Below, piece after piece: positions 1 to 11,589 of a stretch of DNA of 64,000 nucleotides. The translations under genes and the position numbers were made by a program. Below the pieces are notes generated by a model that had not been told where the DNA came from, searched no databases, and saw only the letters and a program-made list of their open reading frames with translations. Every line of letters begins with the position of its first letter. Positions within the stretch are counted from its first letter, which is position 1. Origin of the DNA: Mobula hypostoma (Eukaryota); NCBI RefSeq assembly GCF_963921235.1, contig NC_086108.1:47742001-47806000 (forward strand), read 5' to 3'.

Positions 1-154
1 CTCTTTGGTCTAAAAATAATCTGAAGATGAAGCAATTTCAGATAATAATAATAATAAAATCCTCCAATGAATTGATATGTCTGTTCTGACTTGAAGATGC
101 GAGACTAAATCACAAATTACATGGATTTCCTTTATAATAATGGAATAGAAGCTT

Positions 155-300
155 GGGGATTCAAGTCCCAATCCAGATGAGTGATTTATATAGTTTCACC
201 TGATGATGCAGACTAGCACTGAGTGAGGGATGCAGTCAGGCAAGTTTTTGATGAAATGTTTAACCTAGAATCTATCCGTACTCCGCTGAGCATAAATGGT
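155..300 (+). mobile_element. Degenerate Deu-domain SINE (SacSINE1/AmnSINE1-like) remnant
   Basis: GGATTCAAGTCCCAATCCAGA (B-box-like) followed by GCACTGAGTGAGGGATGCAGTCAG...TTTGATGAAATGTTTAACC resembles the SacSINE1 body as I recall it; heavily diverged. Confidence 0.4.
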
Positions 301-423
301 TGCAGGTACAAAGCACTTTCGCCATTGTCAATTAACTTTCAACTGTGAAAGGTTATTAACTTGAAAAATATATTTCTCTGTCCATGGGTGCTGCTTGAGC
401 TATTAAACATTCCCAGCATTTTC

Positions 424-577
424 ATAAAGCACTGGAGGAACTCCTTGGGTCAGATAACATCTATGGAAGGAAACGATGACTGTCCACATCCCTCCATAGA
501 TGCTGACTGACCTGCTGAGTTCTTATAGCACCTTGTGCGCTGCTCCAGATTCCAGCATCTACAATCTCTTATGTCTC
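424..577 (+). mobile_element. Short fold-back Penelope-derived insertion inside an older Penelope tail remnant (~340-625)
   Basis: 16-bp direct repeat CATTCCCAGCATTTTC at 408-423 and 578-593; inverted arms CATCTATGGAAGGA / TCCCTCCATAGATG; similar to the PLE tail at 5985-6055. Confidence 0.7.
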
Positions 578-704
578 CATTCCCAGCATTTTCTCTTTTT
601 AACTTCAATCTTCCAGGATCTGCATTTCCTTTTATTGCTTCTGCTTCATTCCTCAATCTATTTGTTAACACTTGCTAACTTCTACATGTATTGTTTTTCA
701 ACAG

Positions 705-740
705 AGGGTATACTGCTTTGCGACCTGTAGCACTGTCTAA
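705..740 (+). CDS. Candidate 36-nt exon of unidentified host gene (GYTALRPVALS)
   Basis: Acceptor TTGTTTTTCAACAG; open frame, phase 2 to phase 2, compatible with exon 13615; donor GTACAA is weak. Confidence 0.45.
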   Translation, partial: RVYCFATCSTV

Positions 741-834
741 GTACAAGTCTTTTCTTCAATATTCAGAAAATTGGCTGATTTGTTCACCAAGTTTGCAATA
801 CATGAACTAAAATGTTGGATGCAGTATTATAATG

Positions 835-3100
835 TTGTAAAGTCATAGAGTAATACAGTGCAGAAATAGGCCCTTCAGTGCTACTGATTCATGCCATCCA
901 CAGCTAGTCTCAGCTGTCGGCATTTGGTCCATAAGTCTCCCAAGTGCAGGTTTCTCCCGCTGTCCGAAGGTAGAGCGTTCCTATGAAACGGTTCGTAAGC
1001 CGGAATGTCGTAAAGTGAATAAGCAATTACCATTTATCAATATGGGAAAAATTTTGAGCATTCCCAGACCCAAAAAATAACCTACAAACTCATGCCAAAT
1101 AATACGTAAAACCTAAAAATAACAGTAACATATAGTAAAAGCAGGAATGATATGATAAATATACAGCCTATAAAGTAGAAGTACTTTTCTGCAGCACTGT
1201 CTAGCGCAGTAAAAATCTCATGAAAGCGCTCTCGGCAGAAACACTCTCTCCAGTAACCTTTAAGCTATGAAGCTGCCAAATCATACCAAATAACACATAA
1301 AAATACACAGCCTATTAGAAGTAGAAATAATGTATGTACAGTGTAGTTTCACTTACCGGAATCGGGAAGACTCCAATAAATTGCAGTTTTGTCACAGTTA
1401 AACACTTGCTTATACGAATAACCACCTGACACAATCGGCAATCGCCTCTGATCTGGGCCGACATTTACGTGCTGGGCGGCACCTAATTAATTAGCTTGTT
1501 TATTTTGGCGTTTTTCTTAAAGATGTGCTGGGTGCGTTCCGACTACCGCTGCACCACTACATTCTTCGCGGCAATGTATCAGTCCGCGGCCCAGAGGTTG
1601 GGGACCATTGCTTAAGCTATGAAGCTGCCCTCGCCTCAGAAACCGATCAAACCACCCATGACTACCTTTAAATTCCACTTTCGCAACACTTTCATCACCA
1701 TCGTCCAGTGCTTTCTGTTTCAGCTTACTAAAAAGACTGACTGATTTCTCCTTAAGTATAAGAAAACTTAACGGAACGCCACGCTTTTTACACCCATCAA
1801 TCCACTCAAGCAATAGATTTTCCATTTTATCCATTATTGGATGCCGACTAAGACCACTTTGCTAAGAGCAGAACCAACAGTAACATCGGCAGCTTTCAAA
1901 ATTCTTTCTTTCATAAATAGTGCAAATGGTGGACGCAGGCAAGTTTAACGCGTGGACAATGTCCTTACTTTGTTCACCACGATCGAAACACTTAATTATG
2001 TCTAGTTTTACGCTAAGTGTAACACCCTTACGAGCTCTTTTAGGCTTTTCCGATACCTTAGAACTCATCTTGCTAACGGATGCACAAAATAAATCGAGAT
2101 AAAGCACATGTTCAAGCAATGCCGGCTAGAATGCAGTTCCGGGGGAGGAGCTTGGCTGTTCAGGTGTGCACTGCCTTTTTTCGTAACAGTGAAAGCACCT
2201 TCTGTTAGCGAAAACAGGTAACTAATGTAGGTCTTTCGAAACAGCAAGGTGTCGTAAAGCGAACGTTCGGAAAACGGGGGCCACCTGTACCAAGTTCCCT
2301 CCATCTATCAATCTAGATGACTCTTAAATGTTGCAATTGTATCAGCTTCGACCGCCTTCTTTGGCAGTTCATTCCATACACTCACTATCCTTTGCCTAAA
2401 GAAGTTAACTCTCAGGTCCCTTTTAAATCTCTACCCTCTTATCTTGTATCTGTGCCCTCTAGTTTTGCATTCCCCAACTCTTGGGGAGGGGGGGAAGAAA
2501 AGAATATGATCCTCCACCTTATCGATACCCGTCATTATTTTATAAACACTTGTGAGGTCACTTTTTAGTCTTCTTCACTGCAAAGAATAAAGATCTAGCG
2601 TGGCCAACTTCTCCCTGTATCTTAGGCTCTCTAATCCAGGCACTATCCTCATAAATTTCTTCAGCCTCTCCAGCTTGACAATGTCTTTCCTATTACAAGG
2701 TGATAACTCTTACACAATACACAGTCCTCTAAGTATAGTCTCACCAATAATTTATATAACTGGAACATAATATCCCTTCTCTTAAACTCAATAGCTTGAC
2801 TAATAAAGGTCAGCATTCTAATAGCCTGCTTCACCTCCCAATCTACTTGCATGGCCACTTTCTGCAAACTGTGTAGTTGTACTTCCAAGTCACTCTGTTC
2901 CATAACATTTGTCAGTGCCTTGCCTACCCTGGTTTGAATGTCCAAAGTGCATTGCCTCACACTTACCTAAGCTGCCATTCCTCAGCCCATCTCCCTATTA
3001 CTGATCAGAATCTCTTTAAAATTCATTGTAACCTGAGTCACTATCAACAAGATCCCCTGATTTAGTGCAATCAACGACCTTGCTAATTTTGCAATGTATA
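835..3100 (-). mobile_element. CR1/HER1-type LINE 3' fragment interrupted by Tigger copy 1
   Basis: ORF 2661-2960 has LYKLLVRLYLEDCV (CR1 motif LYKALVRPHLEYCV); typical 3' tail near 835-945. Confidence 0.7.
947..2287 (-). mobile_element. Non-autonomous Tigger/pogo DNA transposon, copy 1
   Basis: Termini CAGGTTTCTCCCGC... and ...GGGGGCCACCTG followed by TA (left flank TG); minus-strand ORFs encode an N-terminal HTH (RKGVTLSVKLDII...LNLPASTICTI) and CENP-B-type HTH (FKGSHGWFDRF); no DDD domain. Confidence 0.88.
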
Positions 3101-3293
3101 TTCACATCCAAATCAGTTACATCATGGCCTAGAATTTACCTGATTTCTGCACATTCCACTCATCAGATTTTCCTTGTTTCTTTTCCACATTCTTGTTTTT
3201 GTCAATCGTTCATGTGTTCTCTAGACATATCTTTTGCACGATTACTTTCATTACTCAGGAATATTGCCATGACCCTAATTAGTTTTGGCAGTA

Positions 3294-4710
3294 CAGGTTT
3301 CCCCCGACATCGAAGGTAGAGCGTTCCTGTGAAACGGTTCGTAAACCGGAATGTCGTAAAGCGAAGAAGCAATTACCATTAATTTATATGGGAAAAATTT
3401 GTGAGCGTTCGCAGACCCAAAAATAACCTACCAAATCATGCCAAATTACACATAAAACCTAAAATAACAGTAACATGTAGTAAAAGCAGGAATGATATGA
3501 TGAATACACAGCCTATATAAAGTAGAAATACTTTTCCACAATCATTGCCGCACTGTTCTCCGTAGCGAAAATCTCATGCAAGTGCTCTTGGCAAAAACAC
3601 AGCGCAAGCGCTGCCCAGTAACTTTTAAGCTATAAAGCTGCCAAATCATACCAAATAACACATAAAAATACACAGCCGATATAAAGTAGAAATAATGTAT
3701 GTACAGTGTAGTATCACTTTGCTGAATTGGGACGGCGCCGAGCACACTGATGATGGTGTGTTAGGCTGAGTTGTTGGAGGTTGGGGTGGTGCAGTGGCCC
3801 CCACCCTCCAGGCAGCGAACCGATACCGATCAGCGAAGAATGCAGGGGTACAGTGGTAGCCGGGACGCACCCAGCACATCTTTAAGAAAAAGGCCGAAAC
3901 ACACAAGCAAATTAATTAGGTGCCGCCCAGCGCGTAAATGTCGGCCCAGATCAGAGGTGACACAATCGGCAATTGCCTCTGTTTCCATCTTCTTCTATGT
4001 CTGCCTGCCTCGATGTCGAAGGTCGAGGTTCATTGGCTGATGTGGAAGGCTTGCTTGACTGCTTAACCTCGTGCATTTTTAGATCATACAGTTCTTTGTA
4101 AGCACTCAAATCATCCTACAAATATGCCCTAAACCGACGTACCCTTTCAAAATTAAAGTTGTACTTTATCATTGGAGCGAAAATCTCATGCAGTTGCTTC
4201 ACGTTCAGTTCCTGGACGACTTCACTTTCGGTCCGTTTGCTACTGCATTCGGTTTTGATTGTTATCCTTGCCTCTTCCAATTGCATCAGCTCTTCATCTA
4301 TCAGTTCTTGGTCATGAGATGCCAAAACCTCTTCAACATCATCTTCGTCAACTTCCACAAGCCAAACTCACTTTGTCCTTGCTTCGTTCACCATGATCGA
4401 AATGCTTAATTATGTCTAGTTTTACGCTAAGTGTAACACCCTTACGAGCTCTTTCAAGCTTTTCCGATACCTTAGAACTCATCTTGCTAACAGCTGCTCA
4501 CAGGCACGTGCTTAAGCAATGCCAGTGAGAATGCAGTTCTGAATCCGAGGGAGATCGGCTGCTTGGGGCGCACGCTGCCTTTTTTTCGTGCGCTGCTTTT
4601 TTTTCGTAACAGTGAAAACACCTTCTGTTAGCAAAAACAGGGAACTATTGTAGGTCTTTCGTAACAGTGACGTTCCGTAAAGCGAACGTTCGAAAAGCAG
4701 GGGACACCTG
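3294..4710 (-). mobile_element. Non-autonomous Tigger/pogo DNA transposon, copy 2
   Basis: TA TSD at 3292-3293 and 4711-4712; imperfect TIRs CAGGTTTCCCCCG / CAGGGGACACCTG; retains the transposase N-terminus and acidic C-terminal segment (DVEEVLASHDQELIDEELMQLEE). Confidence 0.9.
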
Positions 4711-5141
4711 TAATTACCACCTATCCTGCACCCAATATTTCATTCCTTCGCCAATCTTTATTTTCCTAAATGTGGTCCTTGGTTTTATATTTTTTCAGAT
4801 GTGGTGTTTTATAATTTTGATTATAGGTCATCAACCTGAAACATTAACCCCGTGTTTTTCCTGGGCATGGAATTCAGCTGGATCTGGGCGTTGCTAGCAA
4901 TTTTGTCATTCATTACTGTACTGTGATACTAATGTTTTTATTTACATTTTATATTAACTTCAAAAGAAATACATCACAAGGGTAACCACAATATATGCCA
5001 GTTTATAACTAAACAGTCATTCTTCAATAATAGTTCGTTAATTTATATATTACCAAATATTTTAGCTGGGAACCTCATCACATATTCAATTCTGTGTGGG
5101 TCTTTAATCTCGCAACAACAGGAATTCTGCAGATGCTGGAA

Positions 5142-5238
5142 ATTCGTCCCCCCTATCCCTCCCCACTGATTCCATTCGTCCCCCCCATCCCTCCCCACTG
5201 ATTCCATTCGTTCCCCCCCCCCATCCCTCCCCACTGAT
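5142..5238. repeat. Three tandem ~32-bp copies at the PLE inversion junction
   Basis: ATTCGTCCCCCC(N)ATCCCTCCCCACTGAT repeated three times. Confidence 0.85.
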
Positions 5239-5956
5239 CTCCCTCCTGGCACTTATCCTTGTAAGCGGAACAAGTGCTACACATGCCCTTACACTTCCTC
5301 CCTTACCACCATTCAGGGCCCCAGACAGTCCTTCCAGGTGAGGCGACACTTCACCTGTGAGTCGGCTAGGGTGATATACTGCGTCCGGTGCTCCCGATGT
5401 GGCCTTCTCTATATTGGCGAGACCCGACGCAGACTGGGAGACCGCTTTGCTGAACACCTACGCACTGTCTGCCAGAGAAAGCAAGATCTCCCAGTGGCCA
5501 CACATTTTAATTCCACATCCCATTCCCACTCTGACATGTCTATCCACGGCCTCCTCTACTGTAAAGATGAAGCCACACTCAGGTTGGAGGAACAACACCT
5601 TGTATTCTGTCTGGGTAGCCTCAAACCTGATGGCATGAACATCGACTTCTCTAACTACAGCTAATGCCCCACCTCCCCCTGTACCCCATCTGTTACTTAT
5701 TTTTATACACACATTCTTTCTCTCACTCTCCTTTTTCTCCCTCTGTCCCTCTGACTATACCCCTTGCCCATCCTCTGGGTTCCCCCCGCCTTTTCTTTCT
5801 CCCTGGGCCTCCTGTCCCATGATCCTCTCATATCCCCTTTGCCAATCACCTGTCCAGCTCTTGGCTCTATCCCTCCCCCTCCTGTCTTCTCCTATCATTT
5901 TGGATCTCCCCCTCCCCCTCCGACTTTCAAATCTCTTACTAACTCTTCCTTCAGTT

Positions 5957-5992
5957 AGTCCTGACGAAGGGTCTCGGCCTGAAACGTCGACT
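5957..5992 (+). ncRNA. Minimal type I hammerhead ribozyme motif in PLE 3' region
   Basis: AGTC-CTGACGA-AGGGTCTCGGCCT-GAAAC-GTC-GACT: core boxes CUGANGA and GAAA, stem I AGTC/GACT, palindromic ACGT stem III, GUC triplet; such motifs are established in PLEs. Confidence 0.8.
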
Positions 5993-6544
5993 GTGCCTCT
6001 TCCTAGAGATGCTGCCTGGCTTGCTGCGTTCACCAGCAACTTTGATGTGTGTTGCGGGTCTTTAATCTGATACTTTTTGAAAAGGATTTTTACTTCAGTT
6101 TTCATAGTAAGCTTTATAGTGAATTCTTTCATTCATCAATAGAACTGCACTTGGTAGTAATGCCAGTATTTTGTGTCCACCCACAATCATCCTTTAAAAT
6201 GAGCTGATGAGCCTTTACCTTGAAGTGCTGCAGTTCTTGAAGTCAATATGCTCTCACATTGTTGGTTGGTTTTGAGATGCATGATTTTTGATGGAAAAAT
6301 AGCAATATTTCCAGGCAAGGATGGTTGTGAGACTTACTGGGTGTCCTGGACTTTATTGAAGGTTAATTTTGAGGGATGCCATCAAAGGACCATAAATGAA
6401 TGGTTATAATGATACAATTTGTTGTTACTTTACACTAGTGACGAAAGGAATTAATGTTTGAGGAAGAGAATGGGGAATTCATCCAAAAAGTTATTTTGTC
6501 ATGGATTTTTGAATTTTTTTGTTTGCTATTGGAACAGTGCTCAT

Positions 6545-6905
6545 CTAGGCGAGAACCTTGATGGTACATACCTACCAGATACTGAAAGGCCTCGATAGAG
6601 TGAATGTGGAGAGGATGTTTCCATTAGTAGGAAAATGTAGGATCCAAAGGCACAGCCTCAGAATTAAAGGATATCCCTTTAAAACTGATATGAGGAAGAA
6701 TTTGTTAAGCCAGAGGGTGGTGAATCTGTGGAATTTGTTGCCATTGAGGGCTGTGGAGGCCAAGTCATTTGGGCGTATTTAAGGCAGAAGTTGATATATT
6801 TTTGATTGGTATGAGGGTAATGGGGAGAAGGTGGTAAAATGGTGTTGGAAAAAAAATCAGCCATTGAATGGTGGAACAGACTTGTTTGACTTCCTATCTT
6901 ATGAC
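6545..6905 (+). mobile_element. CR1 LINE 3' fragment
   Basis: ORF 6558-6782: ILKGLDRVNVERMFP...SQRVVNLWNLLP. Confidence 0.85.
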
Positions 6906-7192
6906 TGAGAGAAGTAGATGCATGTTTTGCTATAATGTACAACTTTGAGGTTTCCATTATTCCAGGTCACTATTAGGAAATTAATTTAAGTTTCTTATCT
7001 ACTTTGTCTCTAGATTAGTGGCAGAGTATTAAAAGCAGCTGCCATGAAATAGTTGGTGCATTGAGAATCATCTACTAAAATTCTGTAGTTTGTGGCATGG
7101 TACCTGTGGACTGGAAAGTGGCAAGTATAATCCCACAATTCAGTGAAGTAAGAGAAAACTGGAAACTGTAGATCATTTAGCCTAGCATCAGT

Positions 7193-7640
7193 ATTTCAAG
7201 TTTATTTTCATTCAACCTTATACATGTATACCACCAAACGAAACAACATTCTTCCAGACCAAGATGCACAACACATTACATACAACTCACGTACAACACA
7301 TAAAGTAACATTACCATAAATAAATTTTAAAAATAATAAAATATATTCCAGAAGACTTACATTTAGCAGAAGGCTCATTTATGACACATGTCAAAAAATA
7401 AACTGTATAACATTACTGGTGCTTCATAAGTGATGAGATCTGGGACGTGGCAGGGAGTTCAGTAGTCTCACGGCCTGGGGGAAGAAGCTGTTTCCCATCC
7501 TAACAGCCTTTGTCGTAATGCTCGGTACATCCTGTCTGATAGTAGGAGATCAAAGAGATTGTTGGACGGATAGGAGGGATCTTTGGCAATACTAAGTACC
7601 CTGCATATGCAGCGCTCCTGATAACTATCTCTGATCAATA
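7193..7640 (-). mobile_element. Rex1/Babar-like LINE 3' fragment
   Basis: Minus ORF has SIAKDPSYPSNNLFDLLLSDRMYR; same family as 50098-51840. Confidence 0.65.
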
Positions 7641-7879
7641 TTAGTAGCAGAGGAATTGCCAGTGCAGGGTTTGTACTTCTCTTTAGGAGAGATTTAATAT
7701 CTAGGCAGCTACTTTTCTTTGACCAAATAGCATCCTGAATACCTTGTCCAATTGTAATTCCCTTCATTACGTAGGTAGTGGTAAAGGTTTACAATGGAGC
7801 TACTGATTAGAGGCCCTTAATTAAAAAACTGCTTTTTATATAATTTGTTCAGAGCAAATATGTTGTCACTGTTATAATT

Positions 7880-8040
7880 TTAGAAGTGCAGCAACCAATT
7901 GTGCATCGTAAGTTCCTGCAAAATGAAATGATCAGTTTTTTGTGATATTGTTTGAGAGAATTCCTCTGCTGTTGTTTTAAACAGTATTGTGGGATATTTC
8001 ATCCAAGCAATTAAGAGGAAACAGGACTTCAGATAAACTT
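7880..8040 (-). mobile_element. Degenerate Deu-domain SINE remnant
   Basis: ACAGTATTGTGGGATATTTCATCCA...GAGGAAACAGGACTTCAGATAAAC resembles the reverse complement of the SacSINE1 core. Confidence 0.35.
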
Positions 8041-8984
8041 GTAGGGTTAGAGTAAAAATTGCAGACTTGAGGTATGTCAGAGTGAATAGTTTGCTAGCCA
8101 ATGGAGGTTAGAGAGAAGCAGAAAACAAAAATGATCAATGTAAAAAAAAAGTTTGCAACTAACAAGTATTTGTGGCAAGAGGTAAATCCTGGAATAACTG
8201 CTGACTGATTCAGTGAGTATCGTTTAGACCGGAGCATTCAAAAGGAGATGGGCAAATTCTGCGAGTGGAAAAATTATTTTAAAGTTAGTTGATTTGCTTT
8301 AACAATCCACCACTACTTTCAAGAATTGGTGAAGCACTTTCTAAACTTTTTCTTGTCCTACAAGCAAGGCAACTGAGGGGTGGGGGAGAGTGGGAGTGAT
8401 GCTTTGTAGAGGTTATACATCACTGGGTCAGTGCAGCTGTTCTTTTTAGTATGCTCTTAATTAAGCTGAAATTCCTTCATTTAGTATGAACTGAAATTTG
8501 GTTGTAATCTTGTTAACATAATTACAAAAAGTTTAATTCCCATTAGTGTTGTTCACTTTCACTGTGAGATTAGGTTCAAATTGAATATTTCTGGACTGTC
8601 TAGCAAATTACCATGGAGTATTGTTTTGAAATAACTTGTGCTTGCTCAAATTGCAAAAAAAAAGGAAACAAACCTCATTTATTGGTAAGCATTATGGATA
8701 GTAAAGGAGGCAGTGGTGGCTTTAATGAAGAACAAGAGAACTTTGTCTACAGTATTACCTCCATAATTATGATGTATGCTTGTTTGCCTGAGTTCTATGG
8801 ATTTATTGTCTTATTTCAAAAATGCTCACAAGAAGGAAATTATGTCTTGTTATTAACAAATATAACTTGATGTCTGGTGGATTATCTAAGCAACTTCATG
8901 AGGCTATAGCTTATTTAGTCATAAATCAAATAAAGACTTCATTTGTGTGATCTTCAGTGTGACTGATCACTGAAAATTGTTTGA

Positions 8985-9355
8985 ACAGTGGCTGTTGAAA
9001 TTCTCGATTGAAGTTGGAATTTAATGAAAGATTTGGATAGAGTGGATGTGGAGAGGATGTTTCCTATAGTGGGAGAGTGTAGTGCCAGTGAGTACAGCCA
9101 CAGAATACAAGGACATCCCTTTAGAACAGATGAGTTATTTCTTTAGCCAAAAGTTGGTGAATCTGTGGAATTCATTGCCACAGACAGCTGTGGCGGCCAA
9201 ATTATTGGGTATATTTAAAGCAGAGGTTGATAGGTACTTGATTAGTAAGAGTATTCAAAGGTTGAGGGAATAATAAATCAGCCATTATAGATTGGCCAAG
9301 CAGACTTAATGGGTCGAATAGCCTAATTCTAGTCCTGTGTATTATGGGTCTTATG
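8985..9355 (+). mobile_element. CR1 LINE 3' fragment
   Basis: FFSQKLVNLWNSLPQ motif and ...TATGGGTCTTATGG tail. Confidence 0.85.
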
Positions 9356-9390
9356 GACAGGCTTGTGTCTTCAGTCATTTCTCTAAAATT

Positions 9391-9470
9391 CAGGGGTTCC
9401 CAACATGGGGTCCGTTGACTCCTTGCTTAATGGTATTGGTCCATGGCCTAAAAAGGGTTGGGAACCCCTG
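9391..9470. mobile_element. 80-bp hAT (Charlie-type) MITE
   Basis: Perfect 14-bp TIR CAGGGGTTCCCAAC / GTTGGGAACCCCTG; flanks CTCTAAAATT / CTCTAAAT (imperfect 8-bp TSD). Confidence 0.8.
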
Positions 9471-11589
9471 CTCTAAATGAATATTACTTCAAAGACCTGA
9501 TTTTAACCAGGTATTTCCAGGACTGAGGTCACAGCAGAATATATTGTAGAATTTAATCTACTCCTATGGGGAACCTTGAGAACTTATTTGGGATCTTCAT
9601 TATTAGAGTTCTAAAAAAAGTCTTCCATACTATGTTTCAAAATACTTTCTGTATTTTTCTTTGCATATTTCACTATTGATCACAACATGCTCAACATTGC
9701 ATCCTAGTTATACGCAATGAAATATCATTATGGTCAAGAAACTTTGAATATCATCAGATAGGGATACAATGAGGAAAAGTAATACTGTAACATTCCTAAA
9801 ATCACGGTGGATATTATGACCTTTCCATTGCATATATTTATTGGTCATAATTAATTCAAAGGTTCAAAGGTTGAATTTAATGTCAGAGAAATGTATACAA
9901 TATACATCCTGAAATGCTTTTTCTACATTTTAATACAGATTTTGTCAGAGCATTTTCTACCAAATTTGGCTTCCTTGTTTTGCTGTAAAATTGAAAGATA
10001 TTTGTTGGCGTACAAGAGTGCGATTTGGATAAGGAAGCTATTCCACAGATGATGTCAATGATTGTGGAGATACTGTTTTCCACTCTGTATTAAGTACAAC
10101 TGGAAAAGTAGTTTGTGAGATACATTTATATTATTAAACGGTTTCCTGGAACAACATCGTGGAACCAACCGGGAACCAGTTATTTTAGATCTCACCTTGA
10201 GTTGTGTGCCAGGGTGAATTTGTAATCTCATAGTCAAAAATGATGTTTAATGATGGCAAATAGTCCCATGCCAAATGTTTGCAGAAATATTTCAGAAGTA
10301 CCTAGGAAGCGGTAGGAGTTGGCCAATGTGGTCCCTCAATCCAGATGTATCATCTAGTAAAGTCATGGCTAATCTTTATAAATAACGGAAAATCTTAAAT
10401 CTTAAATAACAGAAAATATATGAATAAGTTAAACATAGCACCACAAAGTAGACACGGCTTCCTTTGAATCTAAGATGGAAAAAAATAATATGAGCAACTA
10501 ATGGCAGATATTGAATAACTACTTTTTCTTTATAGGTGTAGGCCAAAAGAACATAGCAAGATTAATGGAAAATCAAGTGTCTAATGAGAACTAGGCATTT
10601 CAATGGTGCACTAGAGCATGAAGCATTAGACTAAGGAAAAATGTACTGAAATTTAGCAGGACTAAAGCCTGCCAAACCTTTTGAACTTGATTTTAATAAT
10701 AGGGTTTTTAAATATATGTCTTCAAGGATGTAGATATTTTGGAATTTATGAATCAAGATTGTCTAAAATCTGGAATGGTTTCTGTGAATTGGAAAGCGGC
10801 AAATGAAACACTGGAATTTAGGAATGATGAATGCTAGTTAATTCAGCATCAGTTGTCAGGAAAATTGTGGAATTAATTATTACGGATATCATAGAGAGCA
10901 CTGAGAAAGCCTGGCTATTTCAACGGTCAATAGCATCCATTTCCTCACCACATGTGCTGAAGTCCCTATCCATGCTTCTGATCTCAATGTGCTCTTGTGT
11001 AGCAACTTGGGGTGTGTGCAGGGATATGGTAGGAATTGACAGTGAGGTGAGGTAGGTTGTTAAATTGGAGGGGGCAGTCAGGGGAATGGACCATGTAATT
11101 GCTAAACATGTACATGTATGTGTTTAACGTACCCCTTCAAAAATGGTTAAATTAAAACAATGTTTTGTCCACACTTGCATGATGTTCTGGTTATTTACCT
11201 TGCCTTGTGCTTGATTGACTATACTGGTTTTCAATTTCAGCATTGGCTTGATTTCTAAAAGTTTTATCTTTATTTGTTAATCCTCCAGGCTTCACCTTTC
11301 CCTTTCTCTGTTACCTCCTGCAGCCCTGTAACCATTCGCAAATAACTAAGCTTTTCTAGTTCAGGCCTCGATCATCCCAAAATGTAACTGTTTCTCCCTT
11401 AGTGGCAAAACTTTTAGATCCTACACCCTGGAATTCCCCTGATTCTGTCTAACAGTCCCAATCTCAATGGAAAACCTGCTGTCATAATTAGATTGTATTA
11501 CTGTAAAATACCTTGGGGTGTTTGCTATGTTAAAAGTCATAGAGAAACGCCAGTTGCAGTCACAGAAATTCATAATGTAATTAAGTTAG

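Larger units (their letters stand above)
5111..6055 (+). mobile_element. 5'-truncated Penelope-like retroelement with GIY-YIG endonuclease and inverted 5' tail piece
   Basis: ORF 5338-5664 VIYCVRCSRCGLLYIGETRRRLGDRFAEH (GIY-YIG); 13-bp TSD GGGTCTTTAATCT at 5098-5110 and 6056-6068; ~5112-5145 is the reverse complement of the element's 3' tail. Confidence 0.92.

Noticed and set aside
1517..2119. Domesticated TIGD/CENP-B gene
   Set aside because: Lies between TIRs in a multi-copy element, is frameshifted and lacks the catalytic domain.
10536..10590. Candidate exon after TTTTTCTTTATAG
   Set aside because: No good donor, a stop in the compatible frame, and the sequence resembles a decayed CR1.
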